Source of the DNA: Eledone cirrhosa
Taxonomy: Eukaryota
DNA: 64,000 nt
NCBI GenBank assembly: GCA_964016885.1
Contig: OZ024740.1
Span: forward strand, 175,770,001 to 175,834,000
Reading direction: 5' to 3'
A model generated the notes under the pieces. The model saw only the letters and a program-made list of their open reading frames with translations, did not search any database and was not told where the DNA came from. The translations under genes and the position numbers were made by a program. This document shows positions 27,901 to 39,300 of the stretch, piece by piece. How positions within the stretch are numbered: the first letter of the stretch is position 1; every line of letters starts with the position of its first letter.

Positions 27901-28482
27901 TAACATATGAACACTTAGACTAAATTTACTACTAAACCCCGCGATCAAGTAGATACATAGCAGAGGGACGCTCTGTTGATGCTCAGTTGACGCTTAACCT
28001 GTTAGAATTAATAGCACAATCTCCTTTAAATCACGGCCTTTCGTTTTGTCAAAGAAAAGGACACATTAAATAACGTAATTATAGTCCTAAAAATGAAGGA
28101 TTGTCGCGGAGGATCCTGCACTTACAAAACAAACAGCAAATATTGAACAATCATATATACAGAACACGAATCAACATTACATACCGTGATTGCCTTATCA
28201 TGGTTCAGGCTCACAGTTGAATGCACCAAATACAGAATGTAACAAAATAAAGAACACATGTGTGAGAAGCTTTGTCGGTTGTATGGAATTTAAAAACATA
28301 TGTTTGAGATAGTAAATATATATATAACAAAAGATACGTGGTAACGTGAAATACATGCATAACATAGGATCTGAAATCCTGATGGAGTCGTAGAAGCGCT
28401 GTCGTGATATATGGTATGTGTTGAACATTTTAAAAACCTGATGGAACCCATCTCTTTCCAGATTTGAACACAACTGAGTTTT

Positions 28483-28485
<3 letters not shown>

Positions 28486-28535
<50 letters not shown>

Positions 28536-28590
28536 AGAAGAAGAAGAAGAAGAAGAAGAAGAAGAAGAAGAAGAAGAAGAAGAAGAAGAG
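28486..28590. repeat. (GA)n-(GAA)n microsatellite
   Basis: Direct inspection. Confidence 0.95.
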
Positions 28591-29494
28591 AAAGAGTGAA
28601 ATAGGGGCAGAGAGAAATAGATGAGAAATACGAAGAATCGACCACAGTACGCGATTGGTCCTTATTTATCGACCTCAAAACAATGAAAGGAAAAGTTGCG
28701 CTCGGCAAGATTTGAACTGATAGTGCAGAGAGCAATGCATTCTATCCAACGTTCTAACTCGTCTACCACTTCACCACCATAAGCCTGAAATAGGAAACCG
28801 TAAAAAAAAAATCTTAAAAACTATAATTAAGCTGTTTGCACCAAAGATATGGTTAGGCGATTTAATATAATTTCACACAAATTATTTCCAGGCACTCAAA
28901 ATGTATTGGTGAAGTTGGTGTTGATATATTTAATGTGGCAAGCACAATAAACTTAATATATCCAAAATATACCCGTACTTAGCGAAGGTGTGTGGCCTTG
29001 TAGTTAGAATGTTAGACACACGATCGCATGTCCGTAGGTTTGATCTCGAAGCTGATGAAATTTTCCTTGAACAGGGAACTAAATTTCACGAGTACCAGCA
29101 ACAGCATAACGTTTTAACAGAGAGAATGTATGTTTATATATGTATATTATTTAAAGTGAGTATGTTGGAACGTACCCTTGACACACAGGCTCAAAGGAAC
29201 TATTATCTACGATTCAGTTTATGTTGAGCAAAAAGAAATATATAATATTTTCGACGTTGATATTGAGCACACTTTCCAAGTGTCTGTAAACAGAAATGTA
29301 TACACGCGCACGCATATATATATATACACACACATATATATATATATAAAATTAGAATTGGTGCTCTGAAATAGCGATATATATATATGAATGTATATAT
29401 AGTGTATTTTGCAATACACCTTATGCGTAATTAAAAGCATTTCGAAGACCTTACGCTATTGCTTTAGAGTAGTGACAGTCTCACTTACTTTAAA

Positions 29495-29587
29495 TTTTCA
29501 GCAAACAGGGGAGATAAAGCTGACAGAGATCTGTTTCGTACTGATTGCTACTTATCAAAGCCAAGTACTCCACCTGTTTGCTGAAAA
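29495..29587 (-). ncRNA. Type I hammerhead ribozyme, extended stem I, U3-A8 core
   Basis: UUUUCAGCAAACAGG-U-GGAG-UACUU-GGCU-UUGAUAA-GUA(GCAAUCAG)UAC-GAAACAGAUCUCUGUC/AGCU-UUAU-CUCC-CCUGUUUGCUGAAAA. Confidence 0.88.
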
Positions 29588-29837
29588 GCATGAATGTTTG
29601 ATTCTTATAGAATTCTAGTAATAATCAGGAACTGATTATACAGAGCGGTTGCCGGCCAGGCAGAAATTGAAAATTAGAATTGGTGCTCTGAAATAGCGAT
29701 ATATATATGAATGTATATATAGTGTATTTTGCAATATACTGTATGCTAAGTTAAAAGCATTTCGAAGACCTTACGCTATTGTTTTAGAGTAGTGACAGTC
29801 TCACTTACTTTAAATTTTCAGCAGTCAGGGGAGATAA

Positions 29838-29882
29838 AGCTAACAGAGCTCTGTTTCGTACTGATTAGTACTTATCAAAGCC
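29838..29882 (-). ncRNA. Type I hammerhead ribozyme core (copy 2)
   Basis: GGCU-UUGAUAA-GUACU(AAUC)AGUAC-GAAACAGAGCUCUGUU/AGCU. The distal stem I is lost to a small deletion. Confidence 0.85.
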
Positions 29883-30170
29883 CAAATCATGAATGTTTGA
29901 TTCTTATAGCTCTGTCAGCTTTATCTCCCCTGTTTGCTGAAAATTTAAAGTAAGTGAGACTGTCACTACTCTAAAACAATAGCGTAAGGTCTTTGAAATG
30001 CTTTTAATTTAGCATACAGTGTATTGCAAAATACACTATATATACATTCATATATATATAGCTATTTCAGAGCGTCAATTCTAATTTTAAATTTCTGCTT
30101 GACCGGCAACCGCTCTGTATAATCAGTTCCTGATTATTACTAGAATTCTATAAGAATCAACCATTCATGA

Positions 30171-30263
30171 TTTTCAGCAAGCAGGTGGAGTACTTGGTTT
30201 TGATAAGTATCAATCAGTACGAAACAGAGCTCTGTCAGCTGTATCTCTCCTGTTTGCTGAAAA
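30171..30263 (+). ncRNA. Type I hammerhead ribozyme (copy 3), predicted cleavage after C30236
   Basis: TTTTCAGCAAGCAGG...GGTT-TTGATAA-GTA(TCAATCAG)TAC-GAAACAGAGCTCTGTC/AGCT...CCTGTTTGCTGAAAA. Confidence 0.88.
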
Positions 30264-31014
30264 TGTAAAGTAAGTGAGACTGTCACTACTTTAAAACAAT
30301 AGCGTAAGGTCTTCGAAATGCTTTTAATTTAGCATAAGGTGTATTGCAAAATACACTATATATACATTTATATATATATTTAAAACAATGGAATATTAGA
30401 TTTAGTAATTTATGAATACGCAATAGCTGTTATTTTCATATTTCGCCGTATTCCTGTAGCTTTGTTATTAATACAATTCCACTGCAGCCGTGGGGAATTA
30501 TTTTCTAGTGAGTTTTTATGAGTTTCTGGGTTTATTTCTTTATACTCTCTATTTATCTCATTTTTTTTCCTGTTTTCTTTTGAAAGTAAATACTAACTTG
30601 TGAGACCTGTAAAACTATAAACTAATTTTCAGTTACAAGGGAATTCCGTCAATGACTAGGTTGCCATGAGGCCACGAAAAGTTTGACACCCTAACAAATA
30701 AGCGAAAGTACATATATCAGATTGTGTGCTTTTCTTAAACGTATAAAATATCTCTTCCATGATGTACTTACTTCAGTTTCAACACACAATCTTAGATCAT
30801 GTCACATCAAACAATTAAACCTCGCAGTATTGAGTGAATATCATCGGTGAACAATTAATGAATCTTGCAACATCTGTCACTCGCCACTAACAAAGCTGTG
30901 ACTGTTTTACGATACAAAAGGAGAATTTTGTTTCCTTTCAAAGCGGGTCTCTTATGTATTTATTATACATAAATACACAGATACACGCATACACATTCAC
31001 ATATATATATATAT

Positions 31015-31172
31015 GACTGGATAACATCCATTTGCTCAGCTGGTCCCACTTGGAGATCCATCCGGATCAATTGGAGAGGGTTGCTTCTGACAGGACCCGC
31101 TGCAAGACGTGATTGACGAATCTGCCCCTAGGACCCTTCCAGGAAAAATGGAATAAGTGAAGAAGAAGAAGA
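31015..31172 (+). mobile_element. 3' end of an RTE-clade (Expander/Rex3-like) LINE with (GAA)n tail
   Basis: LDNIHLLSWSHLEIHPDQLERVASDR..LP followed by GAAGAAGAAG. Confidence 0.5.
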
Positions 31173-31971
31173 TAATATGGAGAGAAGAAAGAGGAGGGGA
31201 GAAGCTAACTCTATACCCATGGCTGAGCGATATCTCTTCGCAATATTGAGGTCACATAGAAGCCACCGAGAGAAACATTGATAATTTACCGATTAAAGAG
31301 ACCCTTCTTATCAAGAGGTAAAAACCTAGTGTTAACAACAGATATGAAATACATGGGGAGTCACCTGGCTACTGTGACGTGTTTGGTCATTTCTCTATTG
31401 AACGACATTTACGGGTAACCAGTCACACAAAAAGGGCAACTTAACTCTCCGACTTTTCTTTATTTGATGTAAATGTTCTAACCTAGAAATAAACTGAAAT
31501 ATTGGGTAAAAACTATTGTTACTTTATATTTCCTATGAAGTATTGGCTATCTAAATGCATTCTTAATTACATATTCCACAATACTTCATATGGACTACAC
31601 GGCTTAATATATATATGCATATAAGATCGTGAGTTTAAGCCGAGGCGGCGCGTTGCGTTCTGAGCAAGATTCATTATTCTACGTTGCTTAAGCTAACATA
31701 AATGAGTTTTACCAGTGTCAATCTGAATCTCCCTGAGAACTCTGTTAAAGTCATATATTTCTGTAGAAAGTTCAGCAAATTGTGCATTAATTTCACAAAC
31801 AGGCTCTTCCGTTGTTCGAACAACTGATATACACATCGTCGGTGCCACCGGAGGTCCAACACACAGTTCTAATATTGCTCATATTGTTGTTGCTTTTGTT
31901 ATTGGTGCTGTTCCTATTGTTGTTCAGTGATGGCGGTAGATTGGCAGAATCATTGAAGTATTGAAAATAAT

Positions 31972-32156
31972 TGTTTCTACTTTAGGCACAAGGCCAGCAA
32001 TTACCCAGTGCATTACTGGTACTTTATTTTATCGACCTCGTAAGGATGAAAGGCAAAGTAAACCTCGGCGGGATTTGAACTCAGAGCGTAAAGGGACGTA
32101 ACTATGCTGGAAAGCATGGCGTCCGACCCTCTACCGATACTGCCAATCCACCGCCC
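31972..32156 (-). mobile_element. Young full-length family A SINE nested in an older + strand SINE (~31932-32275)
   Basis: TSD TGAAAATAAT at 31962 and 32157. Near-identical to 49007-49178 and 19330-19513. Confidence 0.92.
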
Positions 32157-33329
32157 TGAAAATAATGCCTTAAGATATATATATTCCCGCTCTTTTCGCC
32201 CTGAGTTTTAAATCTTGCCGAGGTTAACATTACCTCTTAACATTCTGGGATCGACTTTCCCTTCCCCAGAAATCATTGATGTTGCTCATTTCCAGGTCAA
32301 TCCTGTTTCGGCAGATTGTGATTAAAGGCATTCCGGTCGTGACCGTCTCGTCGGTTTACCACTATTGTAGGAAATTCACGGCTACATTATCCAACGCATT
32401 TTCTTTTAAGAAGGTAGTTTGGGATTTGAGAGAGTTTTAACTACTATTTCTAACATATCGAGAGAACACATAGAACATTTGTTGATTGTTGGAAGTAGTA
32501 CTACTCAGCCAATGGGGGTGGTTTTGTTGGAAGTGTTGATGGTGGTGATGGTGTTGTTGTTAGTGTTGGTGATAGTGCTGAAAGTAACATTTTAAGCATT
32601 CCTCATATCATGGAATAAGTGGTCGAAATGGTGCTAGAGGGAGTGGTAATGTAAAGATGGCAATAAAGACTATTGTAGGGACAGTTCTTGATGTGGTAAT
32701 GAAGGTAAGGATTAAGGGGATAGGTGAAGTGCCAGTATAAGTGGTGGCAGAGATGGTGGTAAAAGTTGTGGTGAAGATGGTGCCAAAGACAATGGTAAGA
32801 GTAGTGGTAGTGGTGGTAATACAGATGATGATAGAGATAATGGTAATAGTTGTAATATGGGTGATAGTAGAGTGGTGGTGAGCAGTAGTGATAGAGGTGG
32901 TTGCAGATGTGACACAGGTAACGATGACGGTGGTAGTTGCTATAGTATTGGTAGTTGTGATAGTAACGACGGTGGTGGTCGTAGTGGTGGTGGTATGCTA
33001 GTGGCTGAAGAATTCTTAGCTATCAGTGGGACGGGGATAACGAGGATCCTGACGACGGCGACAATGATGGTATTTATGGTTGCGGTGGTGGAATGTTTGT
33101 GTTGCTATGCTGGAGATTTACATTGATTATGGTTGTAAGGATGATGATAATGATGATGATGATGATGATGATGATGATAATGATGATAATGATAATAATG
33201 ATGATGATGATCATGATGATGATGATGATAAGGAAGAGGGGGATAAAAAGATGACATTTATGAAGAGGTTGGTAATGGGGCAGTAGTAGGTGATGTGGTG
33301 GTTGTGTTAGATATGGTGTCAGTGGCTTG

Positions 33330-36300
33330 GTAGTTGTAGTGGCGGACATAATAGTGGTGGAGGTGGTGGTAGTGGTGGAGGTGGTGGTAGTGGCGGACAT
33401 AATAGTGGTGGAGGTGTTGGTAGTGGTGGAGGTGGTGGTAGTGGCGGACATAATAGTGGTGGAGGTGGTGGTAGTGGTGGAGGTGTTGGTAGTGGTGGAG
33501 GTGGTGGTAGTGGCGGACATAATAGTGGTGGAGGTGTTGGTAGTGGTGGAGGTGTTGGTAGTGGTGGAGGTGGTGGTAGTGGCGGACATAATAGTGGTGG
33601 AGGTGTTGGTAGTGGTGGAGGTGTTGGTAGTGGTGGAGGTGGTGGTAGTGGCGGACATAATAGTGGTGGAGGTGTTGGTAGTGGTGGAGGTGGTGGTAGT
33701 GGTGGAGGTGTTGGTAGTGGTGGTGGTGTTGGTAGTGGTGGAGGTGGTGGTAGTGGTGGAGGTGTTGGTAGTGGTGGTGGTGTTGGTAGTGGTGGAGGTG
33801 GTGGTAGTGGTGGAGGTGGTGGTAGTGGTGGAGGTGTTGGTAGTGGTGGTGGTAGTGGTGGAGGTGTTGGTAGTGGTGGTGGTGTTGGTAGTGGTGGTGG
33901 TGTTGGTAGTGGTGGTGGTGTTGGTAGTGGTGGAGGTGTTGGTAGTGGTGGTGGTGTTGGTAGTGGTGGTGGTGTTGGTAGTGGTGGAGGTGTTGGTAGT
34001 GGTGGAGGTGTTGGTAGTGTTAGTGGTGTTGGTAGTGGTGGAGGTGGTGGTAGTGGTGGAGGTGTTGGTAGTGGTGGTGGTGTTGGTAGTGGTGGAGGTG
34101 GTGGTAGTGGTGGAGGTGTTGGTAGTGGTGGTGGTGTTGGTAGTGGTGGAGGTGGTGGTAGTGGTGGAGGTGGTGGTAGTGGTGGAGGTGTTGGTAGTGG
34201 TGGTGGTGTTGGTAGTGGTGGAGGTGTTGGTAGTGGTGGTGGTGTTAGTAGTGGTGGTAGTGTTGGTGGTTGTGGAGGTGTTGGTTGTGGTGGTGGTGTT
34301 GGTTGTGGCGGAGGTGTTGGTAATGGTGGAGGTGTTGGTAGTGGTGGTGGTGTTGTTAGTGGTGGTGATGTTGGTTGTGGCGGAGGTGTTGGTATTGGTG
34401 GAGGTGTTGGTAGTGGTGGTGGTGTTGGTTGTGGTGGTGGTGTTGGTAGTGGTGGAGGTGTTGGTAGTGGTGGAGGTGTTGGTAGTGGTGGAGGTGTTGG
34501 TTGTGGCGGAGGTGTTGTTAGTGGTGGTGGTGTTGGTTGTGGCGGAGGTGTTGGTAGTGTCGGTGGTGTTGGTAGTGGTGGTGGTGTTGGTAGTGGTGGT
34601 GGTGTTGGTAGTGGTGGTGGTGTTGGTAGTGGTGGTGGTGTTGGTTGTGGTGATGGTGTTGGTAGTGGTGGAGGTGTTGGTAGAGGTGGAGGTGTTGGTA
34701 GTGGTGGAGGTGTTGGTTGTGGCGGAGGTGTTGTTAGTGGTGGTGGTGTTGGTTGTGGCGGAGGTGTTGGTAGTGGCGGTGGTGTTGGTAGTGGTGGTGG
34801 TGTTGGTAGTGGTGGTGGTGTTGGTAGTGGTGGTGGTGTTGGTAGTGGTGGTGGTGTTGGTAGTGGTGGTGGTGTTGGTAGTGGTGGTGGTGTTGGTAGT
34901 GGTGGTGGTGTTGGTAGTGGTGGAGGTGTTGGTAGTGGCGGAGGTGTTGGTAGTGGTGGAGGTGTTGGTAGTGGTGGAGGTGTTGGTAGTGGTGGTGGTG
35001 TTGGTAGTGGTGGAGGTGTTGGTAGTGGTGGTGTTGGTAGTGGTGGTGGTGTTGGTAGAGGTGGTGTTGGTAGTGGTGGTGTTGGTAGTGGTGGTGGTGT
35101 TGATAGTGGTGGTGGTGTTGGTTATGGTGGAGGTGTTGGTAGTGGCGGAGGTGTTGATAATGGTGGTGGTGTTGGTAGTGGTGGTGGTGTTGATAGTGGT
35201 GGTGTTGGTAGTGGCGGACGTAATAGTGGTGGAGGTGTTGGTAGTGGTGGTGTTGGTAGTGGTGGAGGTGTTGGTGGTGGTGGTGGTGTGGGTAGTGGTG
35301 GTGGTGTTGGTAGTGGTGGAGGTGTTGGTAGTGGTGGTGTTGGTAGTGGTGGAGGTGTTGGTGGTGGTGGTGGTGTGGGTAGTGGTGGTGGTGTTGGTAG
35401 TGGTGGAGGTGTTGGTAGTGGTGGTGTTGGTAGTGTTGGAGGTGTTGGTAGTGGTGGTGTTGGTCGTGGTGTTGGTAGTGGTGGTGTTGGTAGTGGTGGT
35501 GGTGTTGGTAGTGGTGGAGGTGTTGGTAGTGGCGGAGGTGTTGATAATGGTGGTGGTGTTGGTAGTGGTGGTGGTGTTGATAGTGGTGGTGGTGATGGTA
35601 GTGGTGGTGGTGTTGGTAGTGGTGGTGTTGGTAGTGGTGGTGGTGTTGGTAGTGGTGGAGGTGTTGGTAGTGGTGGTGGTGTTGGTAGTGGTGGAGGTGT
35701 TGGTGGTGGTGGTGGTGTTGGTAGTCGTGGTGGTGTTGGTAGTGTTGGTTGTGTTGGTAGTGGTGGAGGTGTTGGTAGTGATGGTGGTGTTGGTAGTGGT
35801 GGTGGTGTTGGTAGTGGTGGTGGTGTTGGTAGTGGTGGTGGTGTTGGTAGTGGTGACGATGTTAGTAGTGGTGGTGGTGTTGGTAGTGGTGGTTGTGTTG
35901 GTAGTGGTGGTGGTGTTGGTAGTGGCGGTGGTGTTGGTAGTGGAGGTGATGTTGGTAGTGGTGGTGGTGTTAGTAGTGGTGGAGATGTTGGTAGTGGTGG
36001 AGGTGGTGGTAGTGGTGGAGGTGTTGGTAGTGGTGGAGGTGTTGGTAGTGGTGGAGGTGTTGGTAGTGGTGGAGGTGTTGGTAGTGGTGGAGGTGGTGGT
36101 AGTGGTGGAGTTGTTGGTAGTGGTGGACGTGTTGGTAGTGGTGGAGGTGTTGGTAGTGGTGGAGGTGTTGGTAGTGGTGGACATAATAGTGGTGGTGGTG
36201 TTGGTAGTGGTGGAGGTGTTGGTAGTGGTGGTGGTGTTAGTAGTGGTGGAGGTGTTGGTAGTGGTGGTGGTGTTAGTAGTGGTGGTGGTGTTGGTAGTGG

Positions 36301-39300
36301 TGGTGGTGTTAGTAGTGGTGGGGGTGGGGGTAGTGGTGGTGGTGTTAGTAGTGGTGGTGGTGTTAGTAGTGGTGGTGGTGTTAGTAGTGGTGGTGGTGTT
36401 GGTAGTGGTGGTGGTGTTAGTAGTGGTGGAGGTGTTGGTAGTGGTGTTGGTGTTAGTAGTAGTGGAGGTGTTGGTAGTGGTGGTGGTGTTAGTAGTGGTG
36501 GTGGTGTTAGTAGTGGTGGTGGTGTTAGTAGTGGTGGTGGTGTTGGTAGTGGTGGTGGTGTTAGTAGTGGTGGTGGTGTTGGTAGTGGTGGTGGTGTTAG
36601 TAGTGGTGGTGGTGTTGGTAGTGGTGGACATAATAGTGGTGGTGGTGTTGGTAGTGGTGGAGGTGTTGGTAGTGTTAGTGGTGTTGGTAGTGGTGGTGGT
36701 GTTAGTAGTGGTGGAGGTGTTGGTAGTGGTGGAGGTGTTGGTAGTGGTGGTGGTGTTGGTAGTGGTGGAGGTGTTGGTAGTGGTGGAGGTGTTGGTAGTG
36801 GTGATGTTGGTAGAGGTGGAGGTGTTGGTGGTTGTGGAGGTGTTGGTTGTGGTGGTGGTGTTGGTAGTGGTGGAGGTGTTGGTAGTGGTGGAGGTGTTGG
36901 TAGTGGTGGTGGTGTTGGTAGTGGTGGTGGTGTTGGTAGTGGTGGTGGTGTTGGTAGTGGTGGTGGTGTTGGTAGTGGTGGAGGTGTTGGTAGTGGTGGT
37001 GGTGTTGGTAGTGGTGGTGGTGTTGGTAGTGGTGGTGGTGTTGGTAGTGGTGGAGGTGTTGGTAGTGGTGGAGGTGTTGGTAGTGTTAGTGGTGTTGGAA
37101 GTGGTGGTGGTGTAGTGGGTGGTAGTGTTGGTGGTTGTGGTGGTGTTGGTTGTGGTGGTGGTGTTGGTTGTGGGGAGGTGTTGGTAGTGGTGGTGGTGGT
37201 GTGGTGGTGGTGGTGGGTTGGTGGTGGTGGTGGTGGTGGTGGTGGTGGTGGTGGGTGGTGGGTGTTGGTAGTGGTGGAGGTGTTGGTAGTGGGTGGTGGT
37301 GTTGGTTGTGGGGTGGTGTGGTAGTGGTGGAGGTGTTGGTAGTGGTGGTGGTGTGGTAGTGGTGGTGGTGTTGGTAGTGGCGGTGGTGTTGGTAGTGGTG
37401 GTGTTGGTAGTGGTGGTGGTGTTGTTAGTGGTGGTGGTGTTGGTTGTGGCGGAGGTGTTGGTAGTGGCGGTGGTGTTGGTAGTGGTGGTGGTGTTGGTAG
37501 TGGTGGTGGTGTTGGTAGTGGTGGTGGTGTTGGTAGTGGTGGTGGTGTTGGTAGTGGTGGTGGTGTTGGTAGTGGTGGTGGTGTTGGTAGTGGTGGAGGT
37601 GTTGGTAGTGGTGGAGGTGTTGGTAGTGGTGGTGGTGTTGGTTGTGGGGGTGGTGTTGGTAGTGGCGGTGGTGTTGGTAGTGGTGGAGGTGTTGGTAGTG
37701 GTGGTGGTGTTGTTAGTGGTGGTGGTGTTGGTAGTGGTGGTGTTGGTAGTGGTGGTGGGGTTGGTGGTGGTGGTGGTGTGGGTAGTGGTGGTGGTGTGGT
37801 GGTGGTGGGTGTTGGTAGTGGGGTGGTGGTGGTGTGGTGGTGGTGTTGGTAGTGGTGGAGGTGTTGGTAGTGGTGGTGGGTTGGTAGTGGTGGTGGTGTT
37901 GGTAGTGGTGGTGGTTGGTAGTGGTGGTGGTGTTGGTAGTGGTGGTGGGTTGGTAGTGGTGGTGGTGTTGGTAGTGGTGGTGGTGTTGGTAGTGGTGGTG
38001 GTGTGGTGGAGGGTTGGTAGGGTGGGGTGTTGGTAGTGGTGGTGTTGGTAGTGGTGGTGGGTGGTGGTGTGGTAGTGGTGGTGTTGGTAGTGTTGGAGGT
38101 GTTGGTAGTGGGTGTTGGTCGTGGTGTTGGTAGTGGTGGTGTTGGTAGTGGTGGTGGTGTTGGTAGTGGTGGAGGTGTTGGTTATGGTGGAGGTGTTGGT
38201 AGTGGTGGAGGTGTTGGTTATGGTGGAGGTGTTGGTAGTGGCGGAGGTGTTGATAATGGTGGTGGTGTTGGTAGTGGCGGACGTAATAGTGGTGGAGGTG
38301 TTGGTAGTGGTGGTGTTGGTAGTGGTGGAGGTGTTGGTGGTGGTGGTGTGGGTAGTGGTGGTGGTGTTGGTAGTGGTGGAGGTGTTGGTAGTGGTGGTGT
38401 TGGTAGTGGTGGAGGTGTTGGTGGTGGTGGTGGTGTGGGTAGTGGTGGTGGTGTTGGTAGTGGTGGAGGTGTTGGTAGTGGTGGTGTTGGTAGTGTTGGA
38501 GGTGTTGGTAGTGGTGGTGTTGGTCGTGGTGTTGGTAGTGGTGGTGTTGGTAGTGGTGGTGGTGTTGGTAGTGGTGGAGGTGTTGGTAGTGGCGGAGGTG
38601 TTGATAATGGTGGTGGTGTTGGTTATGGTGGTGGTGTTGATAGTGGTGGTGGTGTTGGTAGTGGTGGTGGTGTTGGTAGTGGTGATGTTGGTAGTGGTGG
38701 TGGTGTTGGTAGTGGTGGAGGTGTTGGTAGTGGTGGTGGTGTTGGTAGTGGTGGAGGTGTTGGTGGTGGTGGTGGTGTTGGTAGTCGTGGTGGTGTTGGT
38801 AGTGTTGGTTGTGTTGGTAGTGGTGGAGGTGTTGGTAGTGATGGTGGTGTTGGTAGTGGTGGAGGTGTTGGTAGTGGTGGTGGTGTTGGTAGTGGTGGTG
38901 GTGTTGGTAGTGGTGACGATGTTGGTAGTGGTGGTGGTGTTGGTAGTGGTGGTTGTGTTGGTAGTGGTGGTGGTGTTGGTAGTGGCGGTGGTGTTGGTAG
39001 TGGAGGTGATGTTGGTAGTGGTGGTGGTGTTAGTAGTGGTGGAGATGTTGGTAGTGGTGGAGGTGGTGGTAGTGGTGGAGGTGTTGGTAGTGGTGGAGGT
39101 GTTGGTAGTGGTGGAGGTGTTGGTAGTGGTGGAGGTGTTGGTAGTGGTGGAGGTGGTGGTAGTGGTGGAGTTGTTGGTAGTGGTGGACGTGTTGGTAGTG
39201 GTGGAGGTGTTGGTAGTGGTGGAGGTGTTGGTAGTGGTGGACATAATAGTGGTGGTGGTGTTGGTAGTGGTGGAGGTGTTGGTAGTGGTGGTGGTGTTAG

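Larger units (their letters stand above)
29348..30379. mobile_element. Retrozyme-like element: ~320-bp HHR-containing unit in tandem and inverted copies
   Basis: Unit starts at 29348 and 29670. The inverted arm 29908-30379 has equivalent GTC sites at 29916 and 30236. Both ends lie in TA tracts and there is no convincing ORF. Confidence 0.9.
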
